From: Eledone cirrhosa | Taxonomy: Eukaryota | Assembly (NCBI GenBank): GCA_964016885.1 | Contig: OZ024740.1 | Span: 174,158,001-174,222,000 of the forward strand | Length of the DNA stretch: 64,000 bases | Reading direction: 5' to 3' | Part shown: piece by piece, positions 12,672-27,125 of the stretch | Position numbering within the stretch: the stretch's first letter is position 1 | How the letters are laid out: each line of letters begins with the position of its first letter | Notes under the pieces: model-generated | Database searches by the model: none | The model's input: only the letters and a program-made list of their open reading frames with translations | Told to the model about the DNA's origin: nothing | Translations under genes and position numbers: made by a program

Positions 12672-12945
12672 AAGCTGCGTGGCTTTGGAATTAGGGTATT
12701 CGACTTATAATCGTAAGGTTGTGAGTTCGATTCCCGTTGCTCCAGTCCACTCAGCTGGCAAAAATGAGTTGTACCTGTAATTCGAAGAGACAGCCTTGTC
12801 ACATTCTGTGTCATGCTGAATCTCCCTGAGAACTACGTTAAGGGTATGCGTGTCTGTGGAATGCTCGGCCACTTTCACGTTAATTTCATGAGCAGGCTGT
12901 TCCGTTGATCGGATCAACTGGAACAGTCATCGTCATAACCGAAGT
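12672..12945 (+). mobile_element. tRNA-derived SINE
   Basis: A-box-like tggctttggaattagg and B-box gagttcgattcc; head related to the SINEs at 16439 and 45497. Confidence 0.75.
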
Positions 12946-13179
12946 GACAGAATCTACCTAGTAATTCGGCCGATAACATACATTGCACAAACCTCGTCAA
13001 TGAGAACAGATATGGGTCTATACAAACACTGAAAGAATATCATCACAATGTAAACCCTCCATTCAAACGATGATAAGACTATACAAGTGTATTGATATGC
13101 GTTTATGCTTATATTTGCCAATGTCATAATCGCATTAATAGATTTGCTGTATTATGAAAATAAACAAATATACAAGCAT

Positions 13180-14807
<1,628 letters not shown>

Positions 14808-15120
14808 AAATGGGGAGAAGAAAACTGCAGGTTGCAGATGGATAACATGTTATAAAATGAGTCCCTTATCAGTGATTTGCCAACAATCATAGATATTTCA
14901 TTGCATTAAAAATCATATACTTCACGTTGGTGCAATAATAACTAAATTAAGTTATTAGGACAATTAAAACGCGTAAAGCGGGTGAGAGAGTAAACAACAA
15001 AGAGAAAAGCTAACCGTAGATAGGAAGAGGCACAAGCTACATAGTTATTCTATCAGCATAAGCTGGGTGAATATATGAGCGCGTAGAAAATAGACCTTTA
15101 GAGATGAATATGAATGTGTA

Positions 15121-16330
15121 TATAACTTTGATAACTTTGATAGGTTTCGGCCAGTATTGGCCAGGGCCATGTCTAACTTAACAGCACCACCTGGCGAATT
15201 CTTACAAATCAGTGTTTGGGCACCATGGCCCACTCGAGCAGAGACTTATTGTTTACGGAGGCATATCCGGGTGTAGGAGGCTTATCCGTGATTTCTTGAA
15301 GGAATTTATCCAAAGACTTCTTGAACTTGATGGGATCTGTCTCTGCTTTGTTGTGTCTTGGTGTAATGTTAAAGAGTGCAGGGCCAATTGAGGTGAAATA
15401 ATTGTGCCGTATTGTTGTTATGTGATGCGAGTGAGATTTTTGTCGTGGGCGGATAGCACGGGGCCGAAGCCTTGGGTGTACACTAAAGGTGATGCCAACA
15501 TCATTTGGGCTAATCTGATGGAATATTTTCCACATCATACAGATAATGTAGCGCTCACGGCGACGTTGGAGAGAATAAAGTTTGAGCTTTTCTAATCGAC
15601 TCCAATAGTCAAGGCCTGTCATGCCATCTATCCTTTTTGTAATTGACCTTTAGGGTGCTTCAACTTTCAGGATACTTTGTTTCGTGTGGGGTGACCACAG
15701 TGGACAACAGTATTCGACTACAACATGCTGGGTTCTGCCTGTCAGGAAACATTTGATCCACTGTAGTAACCTTCCAGAGACACCAACATTGGATAGTTCT
15801 TTCAGTAGAATCCTATGATCAACTCTGTCGAAGGCCTTTCTGAAGTCAAGGTAGATGACATCAGTGTTGGAGCCCTCTCCCAAGGCTCTCAAAACATCGT
15901 CAAAGTGATGCAGGAGCTGCGTTAGGGAATCCCTTCCATTACGGAACCCATGTTGGTTGGAGTTCAGCAGGCCGTTGCTTTCAATAAAGTGGGTTGTTCG
16001 TGATCTCACCACCCTCGCAAATACCTTGATAATATGAGAGGTGAGTGAGATCGGACGGTAGTTCACTGCAAGGGACTTATTTTCCTTTTTGAAGACTGGG
16101 ACAAAGGAATGGGACAAAGTTTTCAGGAATATAGCCAGTGTCCAGTGAGTTCCTCCACAGTTTAGCAAGAGGAGATGCAAGTTGGTGCCGACACACCTTC
16201 AGGACACAAGCAGGGAACCTGTGAGGGCCTACTGCTGAATTGTGTTTAATTTCGTTTATTGCCGCTAAGACTTAGTTTTGTTCACAGGTTTTGGTGGGGT
16301 GTGTTTTGTACATATATTTGTGACTGTCTA
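15121..16330 (-). mobile_element. CR1/L2-group LINE relic, RT core deleted
   Basis: NYRPISLTS, NQHGFR, YLDFRKAFDRVDH joined directly to EYCCPLWSPH and LKLYSLQRRRERY; no YADD region. Confidence 0.85.
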
Positions 16331-16395
16331 CAAAGATCTGACAAGATGTTTTGATGTTGGTGGAATATATGAATATATATAATATATATATATGA

Positions 16396-16433
<38 letters not shown>

Positions 16434-16438
16434 GTATA

Positions 16439-16652
16439 TGAAGGCGTGTGGCTGAGTGGTTAGAGAATTGGATTCGCAATCGTGAGGTTGTGAGTTCGAT
16501 TCTCGGACCGGGCGATGCGTTATGTCCTTGAGCAAGACACTTTATTTCACGTTGCTCCTTCTACCTGGAGTTGCGACCGATAGATAGTATTAGCAATTGG
16601 AAAGACCAATGGAAACATTGTTTCCTCGGTCCGATTTGACGAATGTCGATCG
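16439..16652 (+). mobile_element. tRNA-derived SINE
   Basis: tggctgagtggttag (A box), gagttcgattc (B box), gtccttgagcaagacactttatttcac; near-identical copy at 45497-45705. Confidence 0.85.
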
Positions 16653-16659
16653 ATAAAAA

Positions 16660-16718
<59 letters not shown>

Positions 16719-16894
16719 ATATATATAAGATATATATATGAATATATATATATACATATATATGAATATATATATATATATATAGTAATAATAATAAATT
16801 TGAAGACTAAAATCCAAGGAGGGTTCGATAAGGATAAATATATATCAAATATATAAGAACTGTAGAGCAAATATTTATTAAAATAACAGATTAA

Positions 16895-16945
16895 AGTGTA
16901 AGCAAAGAATCGCTGCTTTCACCCTTAACGGGATCTTCTGAAACT
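16895..16945 (-). ncRNA. Decayed type-I hammerhead in family B pLTR
   Basis: agttt-CAGAAGA-t-ccc-gttaa-ggg-t-GAAA-gcag-cgattct-ttgc-TT-acact; the other pLTR has the pairing aaact but lacks the core. Confidence 0.55.
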
Positions 16946-18058
16946 AACAAATTCAATCTGTGAACGAAGAAGTGAATATTTCAAAAGACGTTGCAACCGG
17001 AGAAAGACAGGAAGACGATACTTTGGTTCGTGGAAACGTTCCCTGGCAAAGAACGGGAAAAAACGAATATAATGCGTCATTAATAGGAGCGGTGAAAAAT
17101 AATTACGCGCAAAGACAAAACCACGTTTATGGTATAAAAGAAGTCGTAGACTAATATTCTATCAGGTCGTTCATAGAGACGTTCTCTGGCAATGGACGGA
17201 AAAAACGAAGATAATATGTCATATGGGGAGCGGGGAGAACAATTGCACGCAAAGACAAAACCACGTAAATGGTATAACTGAAGTCGTAGACTAAAATTGT
17301 AACTAGGAAACCGAATGATTCTCGGCTTCAGAGTTAAGAATAAAGTAAATAAAATACAGAGGTAATTGAAATTAGATAAATACATACACGCATCCATATA
17401 CGTACAAACACAAGCTTACGTGAAAACACTCGCCATGGGTATACAAACACACGCACGTACACACAAAATAAACCCCGCACGCACAACAGAACCCACACAA
17501 TGCCTGTACCCGCACGCATACGAATGTATACACCAAAGACACATGAAAATATATATTAAAAAAAAAATATATATATGTGTGTGTGTGTGTGCGTGTATAC
17601 AAATAATTAAATAAACGTATATAAATAAATAAATACGTATATCACAAGCGCACACACATACCTATATGTAAATACACATATGTTTGGAGACGTACGTCAA
17701 CCAAAACACGAAGTACACATATACACACACCCTACATACGTACGAACCCGCATACTCACACAGACGCAAAACTCACGTATACACATAACCAAAAGCATAT
17801 GTACCAGAATATATAATATATACGCCATAACATATACAATCAAATATACGTACGAGGAAGTATACGTACCTTCACAAAACATACAGGTAATATATACTTA
17901 CCTATACAAATAAGTAATGGTATAAACATAACATATACTTAGCTACCACATCAAGACGTAAAATATCCGCGTATAGTTCGTACTATCCGTTAGGGAATAA
18001 TGTGGGGCTGTAATACAGGAAAGTTTTGTGCAATTTATGTTTACAAGCCGAAATTGCC

Positions 18059-20110
18059 TCATATTTTTTTGTTTAAGATGTGGTCTTTGGCGTAGAGTAT
18101 TTCCAGGGCCTTAACGGTGCAGAGGTCACATGGTATTTTATTTCCGTTATACGTTCTACCCCTAGCTAGGATCTCCCAGTGTAACTTATATTGGGTATGG
18201 TTGTCTTTTAGACTCCAGATATAAGTTGAAAGTGACCTCATATTACTTCTTAAAGGGTAACGACAAGAATGTGCATGCATGTAAAGACGCTGCTTGAATC
18301 TATTGGGGTTAACCCTATGTAGGCCCTACGGGACGTGGGTGCTTCAACCTTACATTTGTAGACAATGTTACTAGAGAGGCATTTCCTGGATAGGGGGCAA
18401 TCAACCCGATTCCTACAATTACAGTTAGTACTAGCTATAGGGTTGCACGTGTTCCTACGGCTAGGTAGTTTAGCTAAATTTGAAGCTGTGATGTTATGTG
18501 CAAGGTTAGGAGTCGTAGAGTAAGAAATTTTAATAGTATTTCTATTAAAAATGTTACTATATTTATGTGTAGGGGGAAAATGCTTCATAATAAGGGAGAG
18601 AAAGATCTTAGCTAATGGTGTGGCCACCTCCATATTATATGGTGGGTTATACCATTTAATGCGTCGGGATCTATTTCTTCTAGGTCTATTCTCGTACTCT
18701 GTATATGCTACCTTATCGACAAATCCACTCCGAGCAAGAGCTTTATTGTAATATGTGGAATGGTCGTTGAAAATATGCTCGTTAGTAGATAGACGGGAAA
18801 GCCTCAAAGAAACGTTTCTTACCAGGTTCTTGGTTATGCTGGCAGGATGGTTAGAATGCTTACTTATGTAATTAAGCGTATCATTCGGCTTTCTATAGGG
18901 GTAATGCAAGCCATTCGATAAATTAAGGGTAACGTCGAGGTAATTAACGACTGAGAGGTTGGCCTCAACCTGTATGGAGAGTTTGAAGCCTTTAAAGAAG
19001 GCTGTGAGTTCTTTTCTGAACCTGTCGCAAGCACGAGGGCCGCACTTAGTCATGGTCAAAAGACAATCATCACGGTACAAACCACCGCCCACGTTGGGGA
19101 ATTCTTCCTTGATAGAGAAAAGAAGGAAAAGGCCGATAAGATCAGTAACCTCCGCAGACTCGCTGGCGCCCATACTCACGTCGAATGGGGTACTATTAGA
19201 TTTTTTAATCCAAATAGAGTCGTCGAAATTAATCACCGACTTACGAGCATTGAGGATGACATCAACTACGAAATCCTTAACCACTGTGAGCGTTTTAGCG
19301 AAATTGATAGCTCTAAGGAGAAGTGGTAAAGTGATGGAGGAGTAGTAATTATTGATGTCGAATTTGATAAAACGGCAATGTTCCTTGTTGCATATGCCGT
19401 TGAACCAATCAATCACCGCGAAAGAATTGTTTCACACTGCAAGAGGGGCTAAACTTCTAATTTCAGGTATAATTCTATCAAGAATCCTTTTACTAAGTCT
19501 ACCTAAATCGGACTTCGTAGAGTTAATAAGCCGAATAGAAGGGTTTTTCGGAAAATTGGATTTGTGATCCTTCAGGGTAAAGTGGGGAGAAATAGGGTCC
19601 AGATGTTCAGTCGGTCCAGGATGTTGAGATCAGAGGTGATTTTAAACCCAGCATCGTTGATTTCATTAATGACGCTCCGATTAGTTTTACGGTAATCCTT
19701 AGTTACATCATTATGTAGCAGTTGATGGTAGGTACTGCGCTCCACTTGATATAGGTTGCCAGTTTTGTTGGAATGGACGTGCACGGCATTAGAATCCTTA
19801 ATAGAACGAATTCTATTCTTCAGGTCCTGCTGGAAGGAATTGCTCCTATTCCGAAATTTGATACTCCGTATGAGTTCCAAGACATCATTTTCGAAGGTAG
19901 CAATGCTGGGTTACTCGGAGGGTTATTATAGGTTTTAAACCCAAATTTATCCTGTTTATTGTCTGCTTTTACCTGATTATCGAAATAAAAGGCACGCCAA
20001 CGCAACCTTTTAATGAACGCGTCTGTTTTCTGTATCAGGAGTTTTAGGTATGTTTTTCTGCTTGGTACGGGTATATTCTTTGTAGAAATATTCAGATGTT
20101 GTTTCTGCAT
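18059..20110 (-). pseudogene. PLE RT + GIY-YIG polyprotein, frameshifted
   Basis: NISTKNIPVPS...KRLRWRA, FIKFDINNYYSSI, FDVSMGA, GGLYRDD, NYLDVTL, SNHP, CNCRNRVDCPLSRKC, AYIGLT across ORFs 19820-20110, 19572-19880, 18250-19416 and 18059-18280. Confidence 0.9.
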
Positions 20111-20765
20111 GATGAATATAAGTCAATAGAGTGCTCAACCGAGGGAGCCAAATAGTAATAATAATAAATTTGAAGACTAAAATCCAAAGAGGGTTCGATA
20201 AGGATAAATATATATCAAATATATAAGACCCGTAGAGCACATATTTATTAAAATAACAGATTAAAGTTTAAGCAAAGAATCGCTGCTTTCGCCTAACAAA
20301 GTAAATCTGTGAACGCAGAAGTGAATATTTCAAAAAACGTTGCAACCGGAGGAAGACAGGAAGACCATATTTTGGTTCGTGGAAACGTACCCTGGCAAAG
20401 AACGGGAAAAAACGAATATAATACGTCATTATTTGGAGCGGTGAAAAACAATTACACGAAGACAAAACCACGTTTATGGTATAAAAGTAGTCATAACTAA
20501 TATTCTATTAGGTGGGTCATAGAGACGTTCTCTGGCAATGGACGGAAAAAACGAAGATAATATGTCATATGGGGAGCGGGGAGAACAATTGCACGCAAAG
20601 ACAAAACCACGTAAATGGTATAACTGAAGTCGTAGACTAAAATTGTAACTAGGAAACCGAATGATTCTCGGCTTCAGAGTTAAGAATAAAGTAAATAAAA
20701 TACAGAGGTAATTGATATTAAATAAATACATACACGCATCCATATACGTACAAACACATATATTG

Positions 20766-20822
<57 letters not shown>

Positions 20823-20885
20823 ATATGTTGATTTAAAACTGCACTATCAACAAGTGTTTTTTTAGCCTTCATATCATGTTCTCCT

Positions 20886-20954
20886 GTTTTATCTGATGAA
20901 AACACAAATATTATTGTTTGATGATGTTTGTTTTTGAAATGCGCATAATAAAAT
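20886..20954 (+). ncRNA. Minimal type-I hammerhead ribozyme (solo, in (TA)n island 20820-20990)
   Basis: gttttat-CTGATGA-[aaacacaaatattatt-gttt-gatgatgtttgttttt]-GAAA-tgcgca(palindrome)-TA-ataaaat. Confidence 0.85.
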
Positions 20955-20985
20955 ATATTGAACTCCTTTAACCATCTTTTGATCT

Positions 20986-21059
<74 letters not shown>

Positions 21060-21135
21060 ATATGTATATATATATATATATATATATGAATGTATATATA
21101 TATATATATATATATATATGAATGTATATATATGA

Positions 21136-21274
<139 letters not shown>

Positions 21275-21297
21275 TGTATATATATGAATATATATAT

Positions 21298-21377
<80 letters not shown>

Positions 21378-21517
21378 AAGAGTTAAACAAAATTCAATGA
21401 GTATATCAGAGAATGAGTTTTACAGTAGATTGGAAGCACTCTACGGTAACATAATTTTCCGGAGTTATTAATATGAGAATATAGATATTAATAAAATAGA
21501 TGTCCTTTTGATCAATT

Positions 21518-21574
21518 ACATTTTATTATACATATTTCGGATGTTCAACAGTACGTCCTCATCAGACAAAATAT
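21518..21574 (-). ncRNA. Minimal type-I hammerhead (mirror copy)
   Basis: Reverse complement of 21687-21743 with few changes. Confidence 0.8.
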
Positions 21575-21686
21575 AATGATACATGACATACCCTGAGATG
21601 TTAAATGGTTAAGATTTAATCAAGGTAAGTAATTGTTAAGATTAAATGTTAACCACTTAACATCTCAGGGTATGTCATGTATCATT

Positions 21687-21743
21687 ATATTTTGTCTGAT
21701 GAGGGCGTACTGTTGTACATCCGAAATATGTATAATAAAATGT
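21687..21743 (+). ncRNA. Minimal type-I hammerhead
   Basis: atattttgt-CTGATGA-gggcgtac-tgtt-gtacatcc-GAAA-tatgta-TA-ataaaatgt. Confidence 0.85.
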
Positions 21744-21825
21744 ACCGAAATATGTATAATAAAATGTAATTGATCAAAAGAACATCTATTTTATTAATAT
21801 TTATATTCTAATATATATATATATA

Positions 21826-21911
<86 letters not shown>

Positions 21912-21983
21912 GGAATACTGTTAGCTTCTCGCTACAACAATTTCTATACATATATATTCTATATATATATTCTATATATATAT

Positions 21984-22047
<64 letters not shown>

Positions 22048-22725
22048 CTGTGTGTGTAAACATACACACACATATGTACATTAGTATAATATTTTATAAT
22101 ATTATTGACATTTACTTTGCATCAAATGTTTACAAAGGGCATAATATTTGTTCTTGTAACTTGATCTGTAATCTATTTTCCCGTTGTATTTATATAAAGG
22201 AGAACGAACAGAATTGAATTGAGTATTTCCCAGTTGCAGCTATTTCATTCCGTTTACATGGAAAACATGAATATCAACCAGCAGTTTCCCTTGCCTCCAA
22301 ACTTTAAAACTCTAATGTTTTGTGTTTTTGTTGGAAAGTTAATCTTATTTCCCGATTTGATGGAATGGTAACAAGGGAGAGAGAAAGAGAGAGGGGGAGA
22401 GAGAGGGTGGGAGGAAGGTTTTCTTCAGAAACATCGATCGTTCACTCAATCCAATGGGAAAATAATTCATTTTCTTCAATAAAATAAGTCTATTTGAGAT
22501 ATTTCCTACAAGAGTTATATTTCCCAGATGTCCTATGCTCCAATTTAAGGATACTTATAAATCAACGATAAGTCGATTGTCGAAAGAAAAATATAGCAAA
22601 CGAAACAAAAAAAAAGCCAACAAAACCAAACAAAAAGCAAAAAAAAACATTACTAGTATAAAGCGCTAAAACTTTCAAAATATTATCAGTAACGTCAGTT
22701 GTAATAAAATGAAGTGAACACACGC

Positions 22726-22785
<60 letters not shown>

Positions 22786-23144
22786 AGTGTGTGTATATAT
22801 ATGTATATATATACACATTAAATAAACAGATAAACACACTAGATAAACAGACTAAATAAAGATGGCGTAGAAAATACAATGCAACGGGAGGAAACAATAG
22901 CACCACTGACGATGTTGCAGATGTGCAACGAAAGAACTTTGATAAACTATATATATGTGTTTGTGTCTATATTGTATCTGTATTATTTTTGACCGTTGGT
23001 CAGTCAATGGCAACATTGAGGACCGAATAAATTAGATTACCGATATAAAAGACACAGAAGCGAAAAGCGAAAACCAACCATACAGTGAGTGTGTTCTGTT
23101 ATTAATTCTGGCAATATTACACAAATAAGACCCTCCCCAAGTAT

Positions 23145-23190
<46 letters not shown>

Positions 23191-23233
23191 GTATATGTGT
23201 ATATATATATCTATATATATGTATATTTATGTG

Positions 23234-23294
<61 letters not shown>

Positions 23295-23453
23295 GTATAT
23301 GTATATATATATGTATATATATGTATAGGTATATATATATATATGTATATGTATATATATATGTATATATATGTATAGGTATATATATGTATATATATGT
23401 ATGTATATATATATGGATATATATATATGTATAAATATACTTATATATATACG

Positions 23454-23485
<32 letters not shown>

Positions 23486-23551
23486 GCGTTTACATATATA
23501 TATATACGTATATATATGTATATATACATATACGTATATATATATATATAT

Positions 23552-23910
23552 ATGCTTTTAATTAAGCATACAGTGTATTGCAAAATACACTGTATATACA
23601 TTCATATATATATAGCTATTATAGAGCACCAATTCTAATTTTCAATTTCTGCCTGACCGGCAACCGCTCTGTATAATCAGTTCCTGATTATTTACTAGAA
23701 TTCTATAAGAACCAAACATCCATGATTTCAGCAAACGGGAAGAGTAGTTGGCTTTGATAAGCATCAATAAATGCGAAACAAGGCCTTGTCAGCTTTATCT
23801 CCCCTGTTTGCTGAAAATTAAAGTAAGTGAGTCTGTCACTACTCTAAAACAATAGCATAAGGTCTTCGGAATGCTTTTAATTAAGCATACAGTGTATTGC
23901 AAAATACACT
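23552..23910. repeat. 319-bp-period island with 40-bp direct terminal repeats in (TA)n
   Basis: atgcttttaattaagcatacagtgtattgcaaaatacact at 23552-23591 and 23871-23910. Confidence 0.8.
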
Positions 23911-23927
23911 ATATATACATATATATG

Positions 23928-24013
<86 letters not shown>

Positions 24014-24069
24014 TATATAATATATATATTATATAATATATATATATATATATAATATATATATATATA

Positions 24070-24149
<80 letters not shown>

Positions 24150-24338
24150 GCGTGCGTGCATGTGTGTGTGTGTGTGCATGCGCATGTGAATTCATATTAC
24201 AACATAGTTAACGAATAAACCCGATGAAAAATGTGTATTAGTTGGCGCTGATGGAATGAAAGACAGAAATATTCGTCGTTTAGGACTTAAAGAAAATCGA
24301 AAGAATCACCGGATCTACTTTTTATATATATAATCTAA

Positions 24339-24515
24339 AGGCGGTGGATTGGCAGTATCGGTAGAGGGTCGGACGCCATGCTTTGATACAAAGTGTTACG
24401 GCCCTTTCCATATCTCGCCAAGCTTAACTTTGCCTTTCATCCTTACGGGGTCGATAAAATAAAGTACCAGTAATGTAGTAGGTAATTGCTGGCCTTGTGC
24501 CAAAATTAGAAACAA
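24339..24515 (+). mobile_element. SINE (family 2)
   Basis: ggcggtggattggcagtatcggtagagggtcggacgccatgc...gtcgataaaataaagtaccag...ctggccttgtgcc; copies at 27750, 49078 and 55027. Confidence 0.85.
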
Positions 24516-24527
24516 TATATATATATA

Positions 24528-25480
24528 GTCTACGGTGCTGAGAGCGAGGAGACCACTAATCATGTGAGTACTCAATACACGGGGAAATGTAGAGTGGGTA
24601 TAGAGATATGTAAAATCCCGGCGCCAATATTATTATTATATTTGTGGAGGGTTATAAAACAGACGAATTATACGATTTTCACTTCAGCTTTATTATTAGT
24701 TAGTTCGTCAAAGCTCTTTCGTCACATATTCGGTGACCTCCACAATGATATTTGTTCTTCTCTGTGTCTTCTCGTCTTTTAGATCTTAATCAATTTACTG
24801 CTACTTGTTCTTCTGTGATACGTTTATTTATCTGCACATGCATTTGCGTCTTTGGCTGTGTTTGTGTGTGTCTATGTGTTTGGCATATGTATATGTCTTG
24901 TGTACCTGAGTGTGGGTTTGTATATCTGTTCTCTTTTTGTCGTTCTCCTTATGTAACCTATTCTCTCTTCAATCCTTAGGTTGTGGGGTGAGGATGTTAT
25001 TATTCCATAGTGTTTTCTGTTAAAGCTCGGTCTATTTTCTATTATGTGTGTCGCCTCCATAATTTGTCTGAGTTTTGTGCTCGTTCTATGTGTATAGGAT
25101 TTTTACTTCTATGTTATGTATCTAGCCCCCGTTTTCTAGTTTGGCATGTTAGTATAGCACTGATGAGCTTTTCTCTCCCTGATGTTCTTGCCAGTGTTCT
25201 TTTATTCTTTCTCCTATGTGACGAGCTGTTTCTCCTATATATGTCGTTGTCATGTTTCTGCACCAACCTACAGTACATCTTATCCTATAGACTACAGTCC
25301 TAGTTTTGCAGTATACCTGTGGGCTTATTCTACACACCAGACAGGCTCTATCCGTACAGGGGTTCTTTCAAAAGTGTTTGTCCTACTGATCAGGGGTTTT
25401 ATGGGAGTTTCTTGGTTACTGTTGCAATCTACTCGACAGAGTACTATATAGTTCCCACCTACGCAAAAATAGTCATAATG
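24528..25480 (-). mobile_element. PLE 3' fragment (GIY-YIG relic, 3' UTR and pLTR)
   Basis: CKTRTVVYRIRC...YIGETARHIGERIKEH (25149-25337) and RQIMEATHII.NRPSFN; downstream decayed HHR at 24708-24748 (-): tca-ttgtgga-g-gtcac..gtgac-GAAA-gagc-TT-tga. Confidence 0.8.
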
Positions 25481-25733
25481 CCGACACTCACACAGGCACA
25501 CAGACACACAGACACGCACACACACATACATAAACATATATACACACGAGACACACTCATACACTTTGGTATAAATAATATATATATATATATATATATA
25601 TATGCAAAGGTTCTATTTAAAATTGTTGGGATACAACAAGTAAATATTTTATAACTGATATAAAGCACTCGACAAGTTTTTGGAGTAGATATACGATATT
25701 AATAAATGGAAACTATATTTATAAAACCATATT

Positions 25734-25798
25734 TATTTCATTATACATATTTCAGGGATACCAAATTAAAATATGGTATGCCTTCATCAGACAAAATA
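25734..25798 (-). ncRNA. Minimal type-I hammerhead (mirror copy)
   Basis: Reverse complement of 26214-26278. Confidence 0.8.
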
Positions 25799-26213
25799 CA
25801 ATATATAAACAGTTTTATAAATAATTTTGACGTACCCTATTAAATGCAACCATTATTTTTGGAAGCTGTCTGGATAGTGAGATGTTTATATTATTTTATT
25901 AGTTATAGTGTTAAGCACAATTAGAAAAAGACGGAGAGAAAGAAAGAAAAAAGAAAAAAGACGGAGAGAGAGAAGGAGAGAGAAAGAAGGAGAGAGAGAA
26001 AAAGAAAACCTGGAGAAATATCGGAGAGAGAGAGAGAAATGTATGTACGTCTTTTTTTCTTTTTTCTTTCTTTCTCTCCATCTTTTTCTAATTGTGCTTA
26101 ACACTATAACTAATAAAATAATATAAACATTTCACTATCCAGACAGCTTCCAAAAATAATGGTTGCATTTAATAGGGTACGTCAAAATTATTTATAAAAC
26201 TGTTTATATATTG

Positions 26214-26278
26214 TATTTTGTCTGATGAAGGCATACCATATTTTAATTTGGTATCCCTGAAATATGTATAATGAAATA
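26214..26278 (+). ncRNA. Minimal type-I hammerhead
   Basis: tattttgt-CTGATGA-aggcatacca-tattttaatt-tggtatccct-GAAA-tatgta-TA-atgaaata. Confidence 0.85.
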
Positions 26279-26322
26279 AATATGGTTTTATAAATATAGT
26301 TTCCATTTATTAATATCGTATA

Positions 26323-26358
<36 letters not shown>

Positions 26359-26667
26359 CATATATATATTATTTGTACCAAAGTGTACGTGCGTGCGTGT
26401 GTGTGTGTACATGTGTGTATGTGTGTGGGTGTTGCTTTATCGAAGTGATGGTGACATGAATAGACCTGTTATGCTTCCAGAATTTTTTTTATTTCATTTC
26501 TGCCACTACTCCTCTATCTTTCTATTTCTTTTTTAATTTCTCATTCTATTTACTAATGAAGCGCTAGCGTCTGAAACGGTAAGACTCTTTTCAACTATAT
26601 CAAGTGTAAAACTAATAATATATTTCTTCATTGTACTGTGTCGTTTGCTTTGTTATTTATGTTTTGC

Positions 26668-26747
<80 letters not shown>

Positions 26748-27092
26748 TGATACAGCTAAGGTCAACACCAAGAGAGAAAGAAAAAAACTACAGACAAAAA
26801 TGTGTTCTTTTCTCTCTCTCTATATATATATGTATGTAGAAAAAATGTTGCCCATATTCTGATTGTTCTTATTAATATGCAATTTAATTGTATTATACAG
26901 TTCCGTCGCATGAAGAAGTCAACAAGCTGCAACCGGTACGAATAATACGGAAATTCCAATTTTGTAAATAAATGTCTTGCTGATATTCTGAGAGAAAATC
27001 CCTTTAGCATTTACTACTGTTTTCTTTTCTTATTTTCTATTATATATGTATGTATATGTATATATATATACATATATATATATATATGTATG

Positions 27093-27125
<33 letters not shown>

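Larger units (their letters stand above)
16783..20758 (-). mobile_element. Full-length Naiad-like PLE (family B) with direct pseudo-LTRs
   Basis: pLTRs 20153-20758 and 16783-17412, each with an internal ~140-bp tandem; frameshifted ORF between them; (TA)n at both ends. Confidence 0.9.
21375..21809. mobile_element. Palindromic ORF-less pLTR-type element
   Basis: Inverted arms ~21476-21621 and ~21640-21809; unpaired extension 21375-21475; (TA)n flanks. Confidence 0.85.
25604..26322. mobile_element. Palindromic ORF-less pLTR-type element (~275-bp arms)
   Basis: Arms 25689-25963 and 26048-26322 are near-perfect reverse complements; purine-rich spacer; (TA)n flanks. Confidence 0.9.

Noticed and set aside
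12341-12694. 117-aa ORF with poly-Q as a host exon
   Set aside because: The poly-Q comes from a (CAA/CAG) tail of an old dispersed repeat also seen near 2530, 8350 and 9090; no recognisable domain or splice context.
16439-16515. tRNA gene
   Set aside because: A/B boxes are present, but there is no acceptor stem and the sequence continues into a repeated SINE body.
16783-17412. Internal ~140-bp repeats and other repeat-spacer patterns as a CRISPR array
   Set aside because: The context is eukaryotic; the repeats are tandem sub-units of a PLE pLTR with no unique spacers or cas genes.
25159-25200. CTGATGA here, and similar hits at ~2041 (-), 7305 and ~12603 (-), as hammerheads
   Set aside because: No stem II followed by GAAA and no stem I partner.
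26550-26590. ctaatga-agcgctagcgtct-gaaa-cgg-ta, and ctgttga-gaa..ttc-gata at ~29729
   Set aside because: HHR-like, but core mutations and no convincing stem I; too decayed to call.
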